IMG/VR virus record: IMGVR_UViG_3300033076_000334
Coordinates: 1-60,141 of that record
Strand: one strand, 5' to 3'
From: a virus
Taxonomy: Duplodnaviria > Caudoviricetes
DNA: 60,141 bases
In this document: positions 1 to 9,043 of the stretch, one piece after another
How positions within the stretch are numbered: the first letter of the stretch is position 1
Layout: the number at the start of each line of letters is the position of its first letter
Notes under the pieces: model-generated
Databases searched by the model: none
Seen by the model: only the letters and a program-made list of their open reading frames with translations
What the model was told of the DNA's origin: nothing
Translations under genes and position numbers: made by a program

Positions 1-2
1 CT

Positions 3-902
3 ATCAGGGGTCAGCGTGCCAAGTTTAATATCAGACCTATAAGCGAACGCCGTCGTGGGTGGGAGCGTATGTTTAAGGTTAGCGACAACGAGTATTACAT
101 TAGCTGTAATGCTTGGTCGTATAACGAAGAAGATAACCTTAAAAGACATCGCAAAGCTATCTCTTTTCTAAAGAATGGCGATCAAGAAACTATCATTGTC
201 CATACTCCTCGTGTGTATTGGGGCGACAACACAGAACGCTTAAATGTAAATGCGTTGAGCACACCATCAATCTTTTATTTCTATGCGTTTAACTTGCCAA
301 TCGGTTTGACTATGGCTAAATACAAGGGTGCTAACTATGTGCAAGTAGCTACCGAAGATCGTGATAAGTTCTATACGATTGAGAAAGGCGACATTACTTT
401 TACCCGTAAAGTCGGTGAGAAGTATTGGCAACCATTGGTAGTGCATCGTGAGTTTGTGCATACGATTGACCGCAAGCAATCTAAGATTGTGCGTGAGAAA
501 GCTAAGGACTTTGTAGACTATTGCACAGTCATGTCAGCAATCACACCTGACCCTGACCATAATTGGTGGGCAAGGCAGACAAACCCGTTTGCATTAACCG
601 CATCAAGTGGTAGCTACAACGATATTAGAGATAGCTTGCCAAAAGATATTCTATGGGAAACCTTACTGACTAAGGGCGAAGAAGTACCTGAGTACTGGTT
701 CAACATGATGACGATTTACAAGCAACGCTCAAGTATTCACTATTGGGAACATACCACCCGTAGCTATAAGACTGAGTATGTGCAAAGTAAATTACTTAAG
801 CAGATTTACAAAGACCTTTACACAGTAGCCAAGCCATGCAAGGAAACTGAAATACCGCTAGGCGAGAGATGTAAAGATAATTACAGCAGTTGGTATAACT
901 AA
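3..902 (+). CDS. Phage hypothetical protein, probably 5'-truncated by the window edge
   Basis: Frame is open from position 3 (IRGQRAKFNIRPISERRRGWER) into the 69..902 ORF. Confidence 0.7.
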   Translation: MRGQRAKFNIRPISERRRGWERMFKVSDNEYYISCNAWSYNEEDNLKRHRKAISFLKNGDQETIIVHTPRVYWGDNTERLNVNALSTPSIFYFYAFNLPIGLTMAKYKGANYVQVATEDRDKFYTIEKGDITFTRKVGEKYWQPLVVHREFVHTIDRKQSKIVREKAKDFVDYCTVMSAITPDPDHNWWARQTNPFALTASSGSYNDIRDSLPKDILWETLLTKGEEVPEYWFNMMTIYKQRSSIHYWEHTTRSYKTEYVQSKLLKQIYKDLYTVAKPCKETEIPLGERCKDNYSSWYN

Positions 903-913
903 GGAGAATTAAA

Positions 914-1723
914 ATGAGTGCAATACAATACGAAACATTTAATGGTGTGGTGATGGCAAGTGAGGTTCTCAAGTTAGCAAATGAGATCAAAAAGAAACAA
1001 CCCTTGCTTCAGTTCACACCAAGCCAAGCCAATAGATCAAAAATCTATGTGCATGACACAAGCCCACCAACAAGTGTATATACATATTTAGATGTGGCTC
1101 ATGTTGGTGCACCTGATAATCGAGTAGGTCAGATTGGGTATGATGGTCAGCAGTATATTGTCAGCAGTCGCTTGATTGAGAATGGTCGGTACTCGCATTG
1201 GAGTGGTAGTGAGCATCGCAGTAAACGCTCTAAGCATATGAAGAACATTATCAAGGAAGCGGTGAAGTTCTTATTGCCCGTTGGGTTTGATGAGGTATGG
1301 AACGACTCAGTAAATAAGTTTGAGCAGTCGTTACGGAACAAGACAACACAGTTACGCAGTTCAGTAAATAACAAGATGCGTATTGACCCTACCGCAATAT
1401 TTAAAGAGTTCTTGCATATGTATGCAACAGGGTATACACCTATTACAGATGAGTTTAAAGATGCACTAGCATTTGTAGTCGGCAAACAAGCAGAGATTGA
1501 GAAGTATGCTGACTATAAGCCAACGACCTATATGGTGTGGGTAAAAGGCAACACTATTCAGTATGGTACTAAGATAGATGATGCAGTAACAGTTGATAGC
1601 ATAGACCAAGTACCCGAGGAAGTTCGTGGAAAGATGTTTGTGCTAGATGTATCGGAGCCTAATAACTTTATTGAAGATGTAGGAATGAAAGCAAGGGAGA
1701 AACTATATTGGGTGATAGCGTAG
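914..1723 (+). CDS. Phage hypothetical protein
   Basis: 269 aa ORF, strong RBS (AAGGAG); C-terminus resembles the next ORF. Confidence 0.8.
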   Translation: MSAIQYETFNGVVMASEVLKLANEIKKKQPLLQFTPSQANRSKIYVHDTSPPTSVYTYLDVAHVGAPDNRVGQIGYDGQQYIVSSRLIENGRYSHWSGSEHRSKRSKHMKNIIKEAVKFLLPVGFDEVWNDSVNKFEQSLRNKTTQLRSSVNNKMRIDPTAIFKEFLHMYATGYTPITDEFKDALAFVVGKQAEIEKYADYKPTTYMVWVKGNTIQYGTKIDDAVTVDSIDQVPEEVRGKMFVLDVSEPNNFIEDVGMKAREKLYWVIA

Positions 1724-1728
1724 AAATA

Positions 1729-2133
1729 ATGGGTAGGTATATCCGCAGACTAGGTTTAGCCATGCAAGAGAACAAGGTGATGATGGCTTGGAAAGATAAC
1801 TCACCTGACTTAGTGATATGGTATTTACAAGATGTTTTACAAATGAAACAGGAGGAAATAGATTTAGATAACATATGGCGGGTCAAGGTTTACCCTGATG
1901 GATTGGTAGAAATAAATGACTTTACAATGCCAAGTAAGACGGGTAAACTTATGGATAAAATTTCGCAGGCGGATATACCCGATTGGATTCGAGATGCTCT
2001 AGCCGTACTACAAATTGTAGACGATGGCACAACAGTTGATGGGGTAGGTCGCAAAATAAGCGAACAAATTTATTATTTAGTAGAGAGGAAACATGGCAAT
2101 CAAGCCCGAAGTGAAGGTCAAAAAGGCAGTTAA
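1729..2133 (+). CDS. Phage hypothetical protein (start uncertain, 1708 or 1729)
   Basis: ORF tiling; C-terminal P..IR..L.VL...VG.K...Y motif shared with the upstream ORF. Confidence 0.7.
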   Translation: MGRYIRRLGLAMQENKVMMAWKDNSPDLVIWYLQDVLQMKQEEIDLDNIWRVKVYPDGLVEINDFTMPSKTGKLMDKISQADIPDWIRDALAVLQIVDDGTTVDGVGRKISEQIYYLVERKHGNQARSEGQKGS

Positions 2134-2434
2134 AGCCTTATTAACTAAACACCAAGCCTACCAGTTTACACCAGTTACGGGTGGTTTTGGTACATCGGGC
2201 GTGCCTGATATTGTGGCGTGTGTTAAGGGTCGATTCATAGGTATTGAAACAAAAGCGGGGAACAATAAGCCCACAGCATTACAAGAAAAGAACCTTACAC
2301 AAATCATGGACTCAGGCGGGATTGCCGTACTTGTTAATGAGCATGGCATTAAAGATTTAGAGATGTTGTTGGAAGCGGGATTACCCGATGCGGGTGTCCT
2401 ATTTGATTTACTAAAACAAGGAGAAGCAAAATGA
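2093..2434 (+). CDS. VRR-NUC family nuclease (putative Holliday junction resolvase)
   Basis: PE..VK, GVPDIV, FIGIETKAG, PTALQ motifs. Confidence 0.85.
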   Translation: MAIKPEVKVKKAVKALLTKHQAYQFTPVTGGFGTSGVPDIVACVKGRFIGIETKAGNNKPTALQEKNLTQIMDSGGIAVLVNEHGIKDLEMLLEAGLPDAGVLFDLLKQGEAK

Positions 2435-2760
2435 GTTGGACAGAAATACAAGAAGTAGAAGTAGTTGATGGTGGTGTAACGATAGAGGGTATAGGTGCAA
2501 CACTTACAATACCTGAGCCACCTAAACCTAAGAAAGCAAAAGCTAAGGCGGTATCATCTGACCCCGTCAATAGCCCAAGCCATTACAAAGTAGGTGGGAT
2601 TGAAACGATTGACTTTATTGAAGCTAAGGACTTGGGGTACAACCTTGGGAATGTAGTGAAGTATGTTACTCGTGCCCACCATAAGGGTGAGTTGTTGCAA
2701 GACCTCAAGAAAGCCCAATGGTATCTCAATCGTGAAGTAAGTAAATTAGAGGAGAAGTAA
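2431..2760 (+). CDS. DUF3310 (SaV-like) protein
   Basis: DPVNSPSHY, GIETIDFI, GNVVKYV.R, DLKKAQWYL. Confidence 0.88.
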   Translation: MSWTEIQEVEVVDGGVTIEGIGATLTIPEPPKPKKAKAKAVSSDPVNSPSHYKVGGIETIDFIEAKDLGYNLGNVVKYVTRAHHKGELLQDLKKAQWYLNREVSKLEEK

Positions 2761-2761
2761 A

Positions 2762-3286
2762 ATGCCTGACATCAGAACGGAAGCAATTAAAATTATGCAC
2801 TCATGGAACAAACCCGAGGAGAAGGTACTATCATCTTCTTCTGACCCACTCGGCAAGCAAATGTGGGAATGGCTCAAGCAACACCCAAATTCAACCATCA
2901 AACAAATCTGTGCGGCTTTTCCTACATACAAGGATTCAGCCGTAGCTACGGGTTTGAAGTCGTTAATTGATCGTGGCATCTTGGGTAGACGAGCAGTAGA
3001 AATCGCTAACTATGCTGGCATGGGTAGAAAAGAACACTTTATCTATCGTGTTATCTCACCTGAGTATAAGACGCAAAACAAGGGATATAGTGCCATTAAA
3101 AAGGCTAGTAAAGCTAAACAGCCTGTACAGCACAAGGTAGCGGTGGACAAGGTAGTTAGAGTCCTTGAAGAAATCCAAGTTAAGCCTAAAGTCTTTGACG
3201 CTAAAGCCTATGTGGACAAGCTGAACTTATACGAAGCAAAAGCGGTGTATGCCCTGTTGCGTGAAGTATTTGAAAGCCGTCTATGA
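2762..3286 (+). CDS. Hypothetical protein, possible winged helix
   Basis: W.WLK.HPNST...I....L..L.DRG pattern. Confidence 0.6.
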   Translation: MPDIRTEAIKIMHSWNKPEEKVLSSSSDPLGKQMWEWLKQHPNSTIKQICAAFPTYKDSAVATGLKSLIDRGILGRRAVEIANYAGMGRKEHFIYRVISPEYKTQNKGYSAIKKASKAKQPVQHKVAVDKVVRVLEEIQVKPKVFDAKAYVDKLNLYEAKAVYALLREVFESRL

Positions 3287-3456
3287 GATTTATCGTCTCT
3301 GACGATATGGGGGAACTTAGGCGGTTCAACTGGTTAGATGAGGCTAAACGCTTCATTGGGAACAACCCTGACCTCAAGCTGACCAAACTGCCTAAGCCTG
3401 TGCAAGCCGACCCATATATAATGGCGCAACAATTATTAGGAGAAGCATTGATATGA
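3283..3456 (+). CDS. Small hypothetical protein (57 aa, not in the ORF track)
   Basis: ATGA overlaps at both ends; MRFIVSDDMGELRRF...GEALI. Confidence 0.6.
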   Translation: MRFIVSDDMGELRRFNWLDEAKRFIGNNPDLKLTKLPKPVQADPYIMAQQLLGEALI

Positions 3457-3617
3457 ACGAACAAGACCTGAGGGATTGTTTTGCTATGTTTAAGGCAATA
3501 ACGGGGGCAAGTGCAGAGGAGTGCTATAAGTTTGCAGATGAAATGCTCGAAGCCCGTAAAGCAACCGAAGAACAAGGCATAGCCGCCGCTAAGCCCAAGA
3601 GAGTGAGGAAGTCATGA
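3453..3617 (+). CDS. Small hypothetical protein (54 aa), RD.FA...Y..AD.M..R family
   Basis: MNEQDLRDCFAM...CYKFADEMLEARK, RBS AGGAG; same motif as 6521..6787. Confidence 0.65.
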   Translation: MNEQDLRDCFAMFKAITGASAEECYKFADEMLEARKATEEQGIAAAKPKRVRKS

Positions 3618-3934
3618 AAGAGTTTTTCTTGGCAGTAATAGGTACGGTAGTCATGGCGATGCTTGTACACCACACCACACCAGCTAAGGCTCAGTCCGCA
3701 TATAACTGGGAAAATAGTCCGTACAACTGGAAGAACAGCGAGTACAACTACAACAACAGTGAATATAACTGGGCAAATTCCCCGTATAACTGGAAGAATA
3801 GCGAGTACAACTACAATAGCCGTAACGGTATTTATGACAACAACGGCAATCAGGTAGGGTATCAGACGACATCGCCTGAGGGTACTAAAAACTATTTTGA
3901 CAGCAACGGGAATCGAGTTGGGTATGGAAGGTAA
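3614..3934 (+). CDS. Secreted protein with YN(W/Y)xNS heptad repeats
   Basis: N-terminal hydrophobic signal ending AKA; six tandem 7-aa repeats. Confidence 0.8.
   Translation: MKEFFLAVIGTVVMAMLVHHTTPAKAQSAYNWENSPYNWKNSEYNYNNSEYNWANSPYNWKNSEYNYNSRNGIYDNNGNQVGYQTTSPEGTKNYFDSNGNRVGYGR
3701..3820 (+). repeat. Coding tandem repeat, 21-nt unit within a 63-nt period
   Basis: tataactggg...ccgtacaactggaagaacagcgagtacaactacaa occurs twice with few substitutions. Confidence 0.85.
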
Positions 3935-4115
3935 GAAAGAAAAAAAGACAGCGTTGGATGTGTACATGACGCACCAAGAAATATCAGAAGTGATGGGTAT
4001 ATCAAGGGCGGCTGTATCCGATATGGAAAAGAGAGCCTTGCGTAAGCTAAAGAAGATACTGCATAAGCACGGCTATACAGTTAATGATTTCTTTGGGAAA
4101 GACCGAGATGAATGA
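3924..4115 (+). CDS. Sigma70 region 4-like HTH protein
   Basis: MTHQEISEVMGISRAAVSDMEKRALRKLK. Confidence 0.8.
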   Translation: MEGKKEKKTALDVYMTHQEISEVMGISRAAVSDMEKRALRKLKKILHKHGYTVNDFFGKDRDE

Positions 4116-4257
4116 ACCAATACCGTTTTTAGGCTGGCTAAGTGACATAGAAGATACAGAAGAAATGTTGCGTGAGCAGATTCACGCACAACAAGCAAGG
4201 ATAGCTGAGTTAGAAAAGCTAGTACTTGAACTAACGAGGGATAGAGACTTTCAATGA
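4108..4257 (+). CDS. Small coiled-coil hypothetical protein (49 aa)
   Basis: MNEPIPFLGW...RIAELEKLV; fills the gap with overlapping start/stop. Confidence 0.55.
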   Translation: MNEPIPFLGWLSDIEDTEEMLREQIHAQQARIAELEKLVLELTRDRDFQ

Positions 4258-5111
4258 AAAAATTATGTGTAGTTAACTTTTGGGAGGGTGCATTTGATGG
4301 AGACTTTTTTGATTACTTTTTCCGTACTGCTTTCGATGGCGTCATTTATACTCACAATCCACATGAGGCTGACCTCGTTGTTACCTCAGTATTTGGAAAT
4401 GTCCATACCGACCCTGCAAAAACACTTGCCTTTATTGGGGAAAATATACGCCCTAACTTTGTTGCTTACGGTCATAGCCTTTCTTTTGATTATGATACCT
4501 ATCACGGCAGGAATTTTCGCCTTCCTCTTTGGTATGCTCGTCTAGCATGGGATGGGTTTGAACAGAAGCCTCGGCATGATAATGCACACAACCATGGGTA
4601 TGAACAACTGATACCGATTAAAAGCCTGATGCAACCACGCAAGCTGGACATCAAAGCTAAAGATAAGTTTTGTGCGTTGATTGCCAACAACCCCGAGGGC
4701 TTACGCATCAACCTGTACAACAGCATTTCAAAATACAAGCAAGTCGATGGGTACGGCAACATGTTTAGGAACCCTCTACGCAAGTCCAAGTTTGCCATAC
4801 TACCTGAGTACAAGTTTTGCCTGTGCCCCGAGAACTCGCTTTACGATGGCTATATTACTGAGAAGCTAATCGACGCATATGCTGGGCTGACTGTGCCTTT
4901 ATATAGCGGTGACTTTTCTGTGGATTCGGACTTTAATCCAAGGGCTTTCTTAAATTACCAAAACTGTAAAGACATGGCGCACTTTGTCAAATTAGTTGGT
5001 GATGTAGATGGTTCACTTGAGTTATACAAAACCGTATACGAACGACCCTTGTTGCTCGAAGAACCCAAGCTAGATGATGCGATTGCCTTTGTAAGGAGCA
5101 TAGTGAAATGA
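4254..5111 (+). CDS. Glycosyltransferase family 10 (alpha-1,3/4-fucosyltransferase-like)
   Basis: YKFCLCPENS...GYITEKL.DAY..TVPLY.G fucosyltransferase motif; F.GEN.RP and RLPLW. Confidence 0.9.
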   Translation: MKKLCVVNFWEGAFDGDFFDYFFRTAFDGVIYTHNPHEADLVVTSVFGNVHTDPAKTLAFIGENIRPNFVAYGHSLSFDYDTYHGRNFRLPLWYARLAWDGFEQKPRHDNAHNHGYEQLIPIKSLMQPRKLDIKAKDKFCALIANNPEGLRINLYNSISKYKQVDGYGNMFRNPLRKSKFAILPEYKFCLCPENSLYDGYITEKLIDAYAGLTVPLYSGDFSVDSDFNPRAFLNYQNCKDMAHFVKLVGDVDGSLELYKTVYERPLLLEEPKLDDAIAFVRSIVK

Positions 5112-5356
5112 ACAATAAACCAGTAGCGTGGATTGATAAAGATACTTTGGATGCAACGCATATTATTAAAGCCATAGTGCGTAGAGAGCAAGATGAACAG
5201 CACACTATTCCACTCTTTACCCATCCAGTAAAAGAACTAACGGATGAGGAAATAATTGAGGTTATAGAGAAATCACCCATAGCGGAAGACATAGGAATGT
5301 ATAGAACTGGCATTGAATTTGCTAAAGCAATACTAAGAAAGGCACAAGAGAAATGA
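5108..5356 (+). CDS. Small phage cassette protein (PVAW...ELTDEEI...KAQEK)
   Basis: ORF tiling; motifs shared with 6780..7022 and 5353..5664. Confidence 0.75.
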   Translation: MNNKPVAWIDKDTLDATHIIKAIVRREQDEQHTIPLFTHPVKELTDEEIIEVIEKSPIAEDIGMYRTGIEFAKAILRKAQEK

Positions 5357-5664
5357 ACGCAAATGAACTGGCTGATGAATTGAAGTACTTCCATGAAACG
5401 CTTTGTGATACAGGCGCAATAAACGCAGTAATTAGCGGTTTAAAAGTAAAGCAAATTGAAACCATGCTACGCCAACAACAAGCCGAAATCGAGGCGTTGA
5501 AAAAGCAACTAGCCTTTATGGAAGGTGAGTACCCAGAGCCGACCATTATGGCAAAGATGATGGAGGTCGACCTAGTACGCCAACAACAAGCCGAAATCGA
5601 GGCGTTGAAAGCTGAATTAAGGCTTATTGATGAATTAGTTACAGGAAAGGCACAAGAGAAATGA
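5353..5664 (+). CDS. Small phage protein with internal RQQQAEIEALK duplication
   Basis: ORF tiling; 35-nt perfect internal repeat. Confidence 0.75.
   Translation: MNANELADELKYFHETLCDTGAINAVISGLKVKQIETMLRQQQAEIEALKKQLAFMEGEYPEPTIMAKMMEVDLVRQQQAEIEALKAELRLIDELVTGKAQEK
5468..5610 (+). repeat. 35-nt perfect direct repeat (5468-5502 and 5576-5610)
   Basis: tacgccaacaacaagccgaaatcgaggcgttgaaa twice. Confidence 0.9.
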
Positions 5665-6524
5665 GAGAAAAGTACGGAATACAACATAACGAAGGCGGGG
5701 TCATGGAGCTGACCACAATGATTGGATGTCCACTCATGTGCACCTTTTGCCCGCAAGACAACCTACGCACTAACTATGGTAAAGACACCAAGTACATGAG
5801 TCAGGTGGATTTAACTAAGATGCTCGTTAAGCTACCAAAAGATACTCGGATTGATTTCTCAGGTATGTCAGAGCCTTGGGCTAACCCTGAATGTACTATG
5901 ATGCTTGAGATGGTTTTGTACCTAGGATTTAAGGTAGCTATCTATACGACGTTATACGGTATGAAAGAACCCGAGCGTGTACGTAAAGTGTTGGAAAGCC
6001 ACCCCGACCAAGTAGAAGTAATCATGCTACATCTTCCTGATGCCAACGGGAATATGAAGGGCTGGAAGAATAGCGAAGAATGGCAACATGCGGCGGCAGT
6101 TATCTCACACACCAATGTACCTTGTGGGGTAGGTGCTATGACTATGGATAGGAACGGTATTGTGCACCCTGATCTACAACCCTTTGTGGGGCGATTAGCG
6201 GGATGGGTGGGTCATACTAGGGCAGATAGCCTCAACTTGGAGCAGATTGGCGGTCAAGCGATTAGCATTACACCCCATAATGATTTCAGCTTAACCTGTA
6301 AATCAACTCCTTTTTATGACCGTAATGTTCTTCTGCCAAATGGGGATGTCGTCTTATGCTGTATGGATTACAACCTCAAGCACGTGATTGGAAACCTGCT
6401 GAAACAGAACTATGAGCAGGTAATGAACGGTGAAAAGTTGGCTGAAATCATCAAGATGAATGAGGCTGACGGCTTTAACAAGTGCAGCATCTGTAAGTCT
6501 TGTGAAAATGTGAGGCAGATATGA
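5661..6524 (+). CDS. Radical SAM protein with C-terminal SPASM/twitch-like domain
   Basis: CPLMCTFC (CxxxCxxC), FSGMSEP, C-terminal C...GDVVLCCMD...GNL...C..C. Confidence 0.88.
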   Translation: MREKYGIQHNEGGVMELTTMIGCPLMCTFCPQDNLRTNYGKDTKYMSQVDLTKMLVKLPKDTRIDFSGMSEPWANPECTMMLEMVLYLGFKVAIYTTLYGMKEPERVRKVLESHPDQVEVIMLHLPDANGNMKGWKNSEEWQHAAAVISHTNVPCGVGAMTMDRNGIVHPDLQPFVGRLAGWVGHTRADSLNLEQIGGQAISITPHNDFSLTCKSTPFYDRNVLLPNGDVVLCCMDYNLKHVIGNLLKQNYEQVMNGEKLAEIIKMNEADGFNKCSICKSCENVRQI

Positions 6525-6787
6525 TTAAAAAAGTAATAAATACAGATTTTGGTGGCAAGACCCTTGACGAGCGTGTAAACGAATCTAGAGAACGGATGCT
6601 TGCAAATATTGGGTTTATAAAATCCCATATGCGGGATGACTTGGCATCAAAGATCATAGTCGGAATATGCGCTGGCGATTGGAAGTTTGATCTATCTAAT
6701 GGCAAGACATGGGATGAAATGGCTTCTAAACGTGCTTATGAATTGGCTGATGCCATGATTAAGGAAAGAGAGATTACTAATGTCTGA
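6521..6787 (+). CDS. Hypothetical protein (RD..A...AY..ADAM..R family)
   Basis: MRDDLA...RAYELADAMIKER. Confidence 0.75.
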   Translation: MIKKVINTDFGGKTLDERVNESRERMLANIGFIKSHMRDDLASKIIVGICAGDWKFDLSNGKTWDEMASKRAYELADAMIKEREITNV

Positions 6788-7022
6788 ACCAATAGCGTGG
6801 ATGCACAAAACAATACCGAGCTGGACGAGCACTTTTATCCATCCTGAAACTGAACCTGATGAATGGCTACCACTTTATACCAACCAAGTAAGAGAATTAA
6901 CAAATGAAGAAGTAGCAGATTTTACGCACCGCATGGTGTTATGTTGTCAAGTACATCCAAGTTCAGCCGATATTAACGTACTGGGTTTAGTGCAGATTGT
7001 TGAGGAGATTAGAAATAAATGA
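6780..7022 (+). CDS. Small phage cassette protein (PIAW...PLYT...ELTNEE)
   Basis: Paralogous motifs with 5108..5356. Confidence 0.7.
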   Translation: MSEPIAWMHKTIPSWTSTFIHPETEPDEWLPLYTNQVRELTNEEVADFTHRMVLCCQVHPSSADINVLGLVQIVEEIRNK

Positions 7023-7720
7023 GAATCATGGTCATTACCCCGACTACTGGGAAAGAGTCAGTATTAAAGGCTATTGAAAGCGTTACAGATCAAACTATTG
7101 ATACACCAGTAGAACACCTTATCGTATTCGATGGTACTAGGGCTGAAAGCGATTTCTTTATGCTTGAGGATGGTATGCACGGCTGCCCAACATTTATGAC
7201 TTTGCCTGAGAACGTAGGCGGTAACGGTTGGTATGGACACCGAGTCTATGCCGCTATGCCACTAATGGTAAACGCTGATTACATTCTATTTTTGGATGAG
7301 GATAATTGGTTCGAACCAAATCATGTGGAAACCATGATAAACAAAATTAAATCAAAAGACCTGATGTGGTCTTATTCATTGAGGAGAATAGTTGATGAAC
7401 GAGCACAATATGTTTGTGACGATGATTGCGAGTCACTCGGTCGGTACCCGACGTTTTACGATCATTTGCTTAACTTTGTTGATACTAACTGTTATTGCTT
7501 TAGGCGTGAGTATTTGGTCAGTATTGCTCATGCTTTCTACGGGCAGTGGGGTGCCGACAGGAACTTCTATAAGGCTGCCTCAACAAATCTGCCTGCCTTC
7601 GGATGCACAGGAGAGGCTACGGTTAATTACAGAGCACCCGAAAGATTACTTGGAATGTTTAGACAGGGCAATGAAGACATGAAAAAAGCATACGGCGAAC
7701 TACCTTGGAGGAAAAAATGA
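7019..7720 (+). CDS. Glycosyltransferase family 2 (GT-A fold)
   Basis: VITPT..., AIESV..Q, HLIVFDG, YILFLDEDN (DxD), VDTNC, GADR. Confidence 0.88.
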   Translation: MRIMVITPTTGKESVLKAIESVTDQTIDTPVEHLIVFDGTRAESDFFMLEDGMHGCPTFMTLPENVGGNGWYGHRVYAAMPLMVNADYILFLDEDNWFEPNHVETMINKIKSKDLMWSYSLRRIVDERAQYVCDDDCESLGRYPTFYDHLLNFVDTNCYCFRREYLVSIAHAFYGQWGADRNFYKAASTNLPAFGCTGEATVNYRAPERLLGMFRQGNEDMKKAYGELPWRKK

Positions 7721-8004
7721 AACCACATAAACACGCAGAACTAATTAAAGCATGGGCTGATGGTGCTGAAATTCAATACAGATACTATATGAATGAAGAA
7801 AATCCTGATTGGAATCTTGATAGGGAATACCGCATCAAGCCTGAACCAAAGCCTGATGTTGTTAGATATTTGAATCAACTACGACCATTATTTGAAGAAA
7901 AAAAGCATTGGGAAGAAAGTGATTATGAGATTACGAAGACTCGTATAAAACTAACTTTTGATGGCGAAACAGGCGAACTTAAATCAGCAGAGGTATTGAA
8001 ATGA
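7717..8004 (+). CDS. Phage hypothetical protein
   Basis: MKPHKHAELIKAWADGAEIQ...EYRIKP; RBS GGAGG. Confidence 0.75.
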   Translation: MKPHKHAELIKAWADGAEIQYRYYMNEENPDWNLDREYRIKPEPKPDVVRYLNQLRPLFEEKKHWEESDYEITKTRIKLTFDGETGELKSAEVLK

Positions 8005-8255
8005 TGGATGGACTATGGGAAAAAGCTAACGAGGTTAGCAAGCTGGGGTACAAGGTACATAGTGCCTCAGATATTGTAGAACTTGTGGCTGAGAAAATAT
8101 CTAGTGATGCCGAGAGTGGCGCACTATGGGCGGCGGCAGACTTGCTAAAAGACCTGAGTGATAAGATAGAAAACTTAGCACTTGACATTATGCAGATAAA
8201 CAAGGAACATGAAGAAGCACAAAACAAACTTATCAAAAAAGGAAAGAAAAAATGA
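8001..8255 (+). CDS. Hypothetical helical protein
   Basis: ORF tiling, RBS GAGG. Confidence 0.7.
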   Translation: MMDGLWEKANEVSKLGYKVHSASDIVELVAEKISSDAESGALWAAADLLKDLSDKIENLALDIMQINKEHEEAQNKLIKKGKKK

Positions 8256-9043
8256 GTTTTAAAAAAGACAAACGCCCCGAATTAAAGGTAGTACAACCAC
8301 CACAAGTTAAGTTATTTGTAGCTACACCAATGTATGGTGGTATGTGCTCAGGCATGTATACATCAGGCATCATGCAATTAGTTGGTACATGTGGACAAAA
8401 CGGCATACAGATGTACTACTCGTTTATGATGAACGAATCGTTAATTACTCGTGCCCGTAACAGTATGGCTTATGACTTCTTGGAGTCGGATGCTACGCAC
8501 ATGATGTTTATTGATGCTGACATTAGCTTTAACCCTAGCGACATACCCAAAATGGTAGCGGCTAATGTAGACATTATTTGTGGTCTATACCCCAAGAAAG
8601 AAATTAACTGGGTAGAAGTTGCTGAAGCCGTTAAGCGTGGCGTGCCCCCGCAAGACTTAGCCAAGCATACTGGTGCGTTTGTAGTAAACCTGCCTCATGG
8701 TACAGAAACAGCGCAAGGTAAAGTTGATGAGCCTATGGAGATTGCCAATGGTGGTACAGGGTTTATGCTAATTAAGCGTGAAGTATTTGAGAAGCTAGCC
8801 CCAACCGTACCAAGCTATACCAACGATATGTACCATGCAGTAGATACTGTACGTAAGATTAAGATTATCAAAGAGTTCTTTGCTACTAGTATTGATGAGG
8901 AAAGCAACCGCTTGTTATCTGAGGACTACCACTTCTGCAAGATTGCTCGTGAGGCGGGGTTCAAGGTATATGCTGCTCCTTGGGCTAGCTTTGGACATAT
9001 GGGTAGCTATACATTTAGCGGGCAATTACCTAGGTCAGCATAA
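8252..9043 (+). CDS. GT-A fold glycosyltransferase-like protein
   Basis: VATPMYGG, ESLITRARN, MFIDADI (DxD), GTGFMLIKR, SEDY.FC, H.G. Confidence 0.82.
   Translation: MSFKKDKRPELKVVQPPQVKLFVATPMYGGMCSGMYTSGIMQLVGTCGQNGIQMYYSFMMNESLITRARNSMAYDFLESDATHMMFIDADISFNPSDIPKMVAANVDIICGLYPKKEINWVEVAEAVKRGVPPQDLAKHTGAFVVNLPHGTETAQGKVDEPMEIANGGTGFMLIKREVFEKLAPTVPSYTNDMYHAVDTVRKIKIIKEFFATSIDEESNRLLSEDYHFCKIAREAGFKVYAAPWASFGHMGSYTFSGQLPRSA

Larger units (their letters stand above)
5337..5664 (+). repeat. 20-nt perfect direct repeat at gene ends (5337-5356 and 5645-5664)
   Basis: gaaaggcacaagagaaatga twice, each spanning a stop and the next start. Confidence 0.9.

Noticed and set aside
3701-3820. CRISPR-like array
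   Set aside because: Repeats are contiguous, in frame and protein-coding, with no unique spacers
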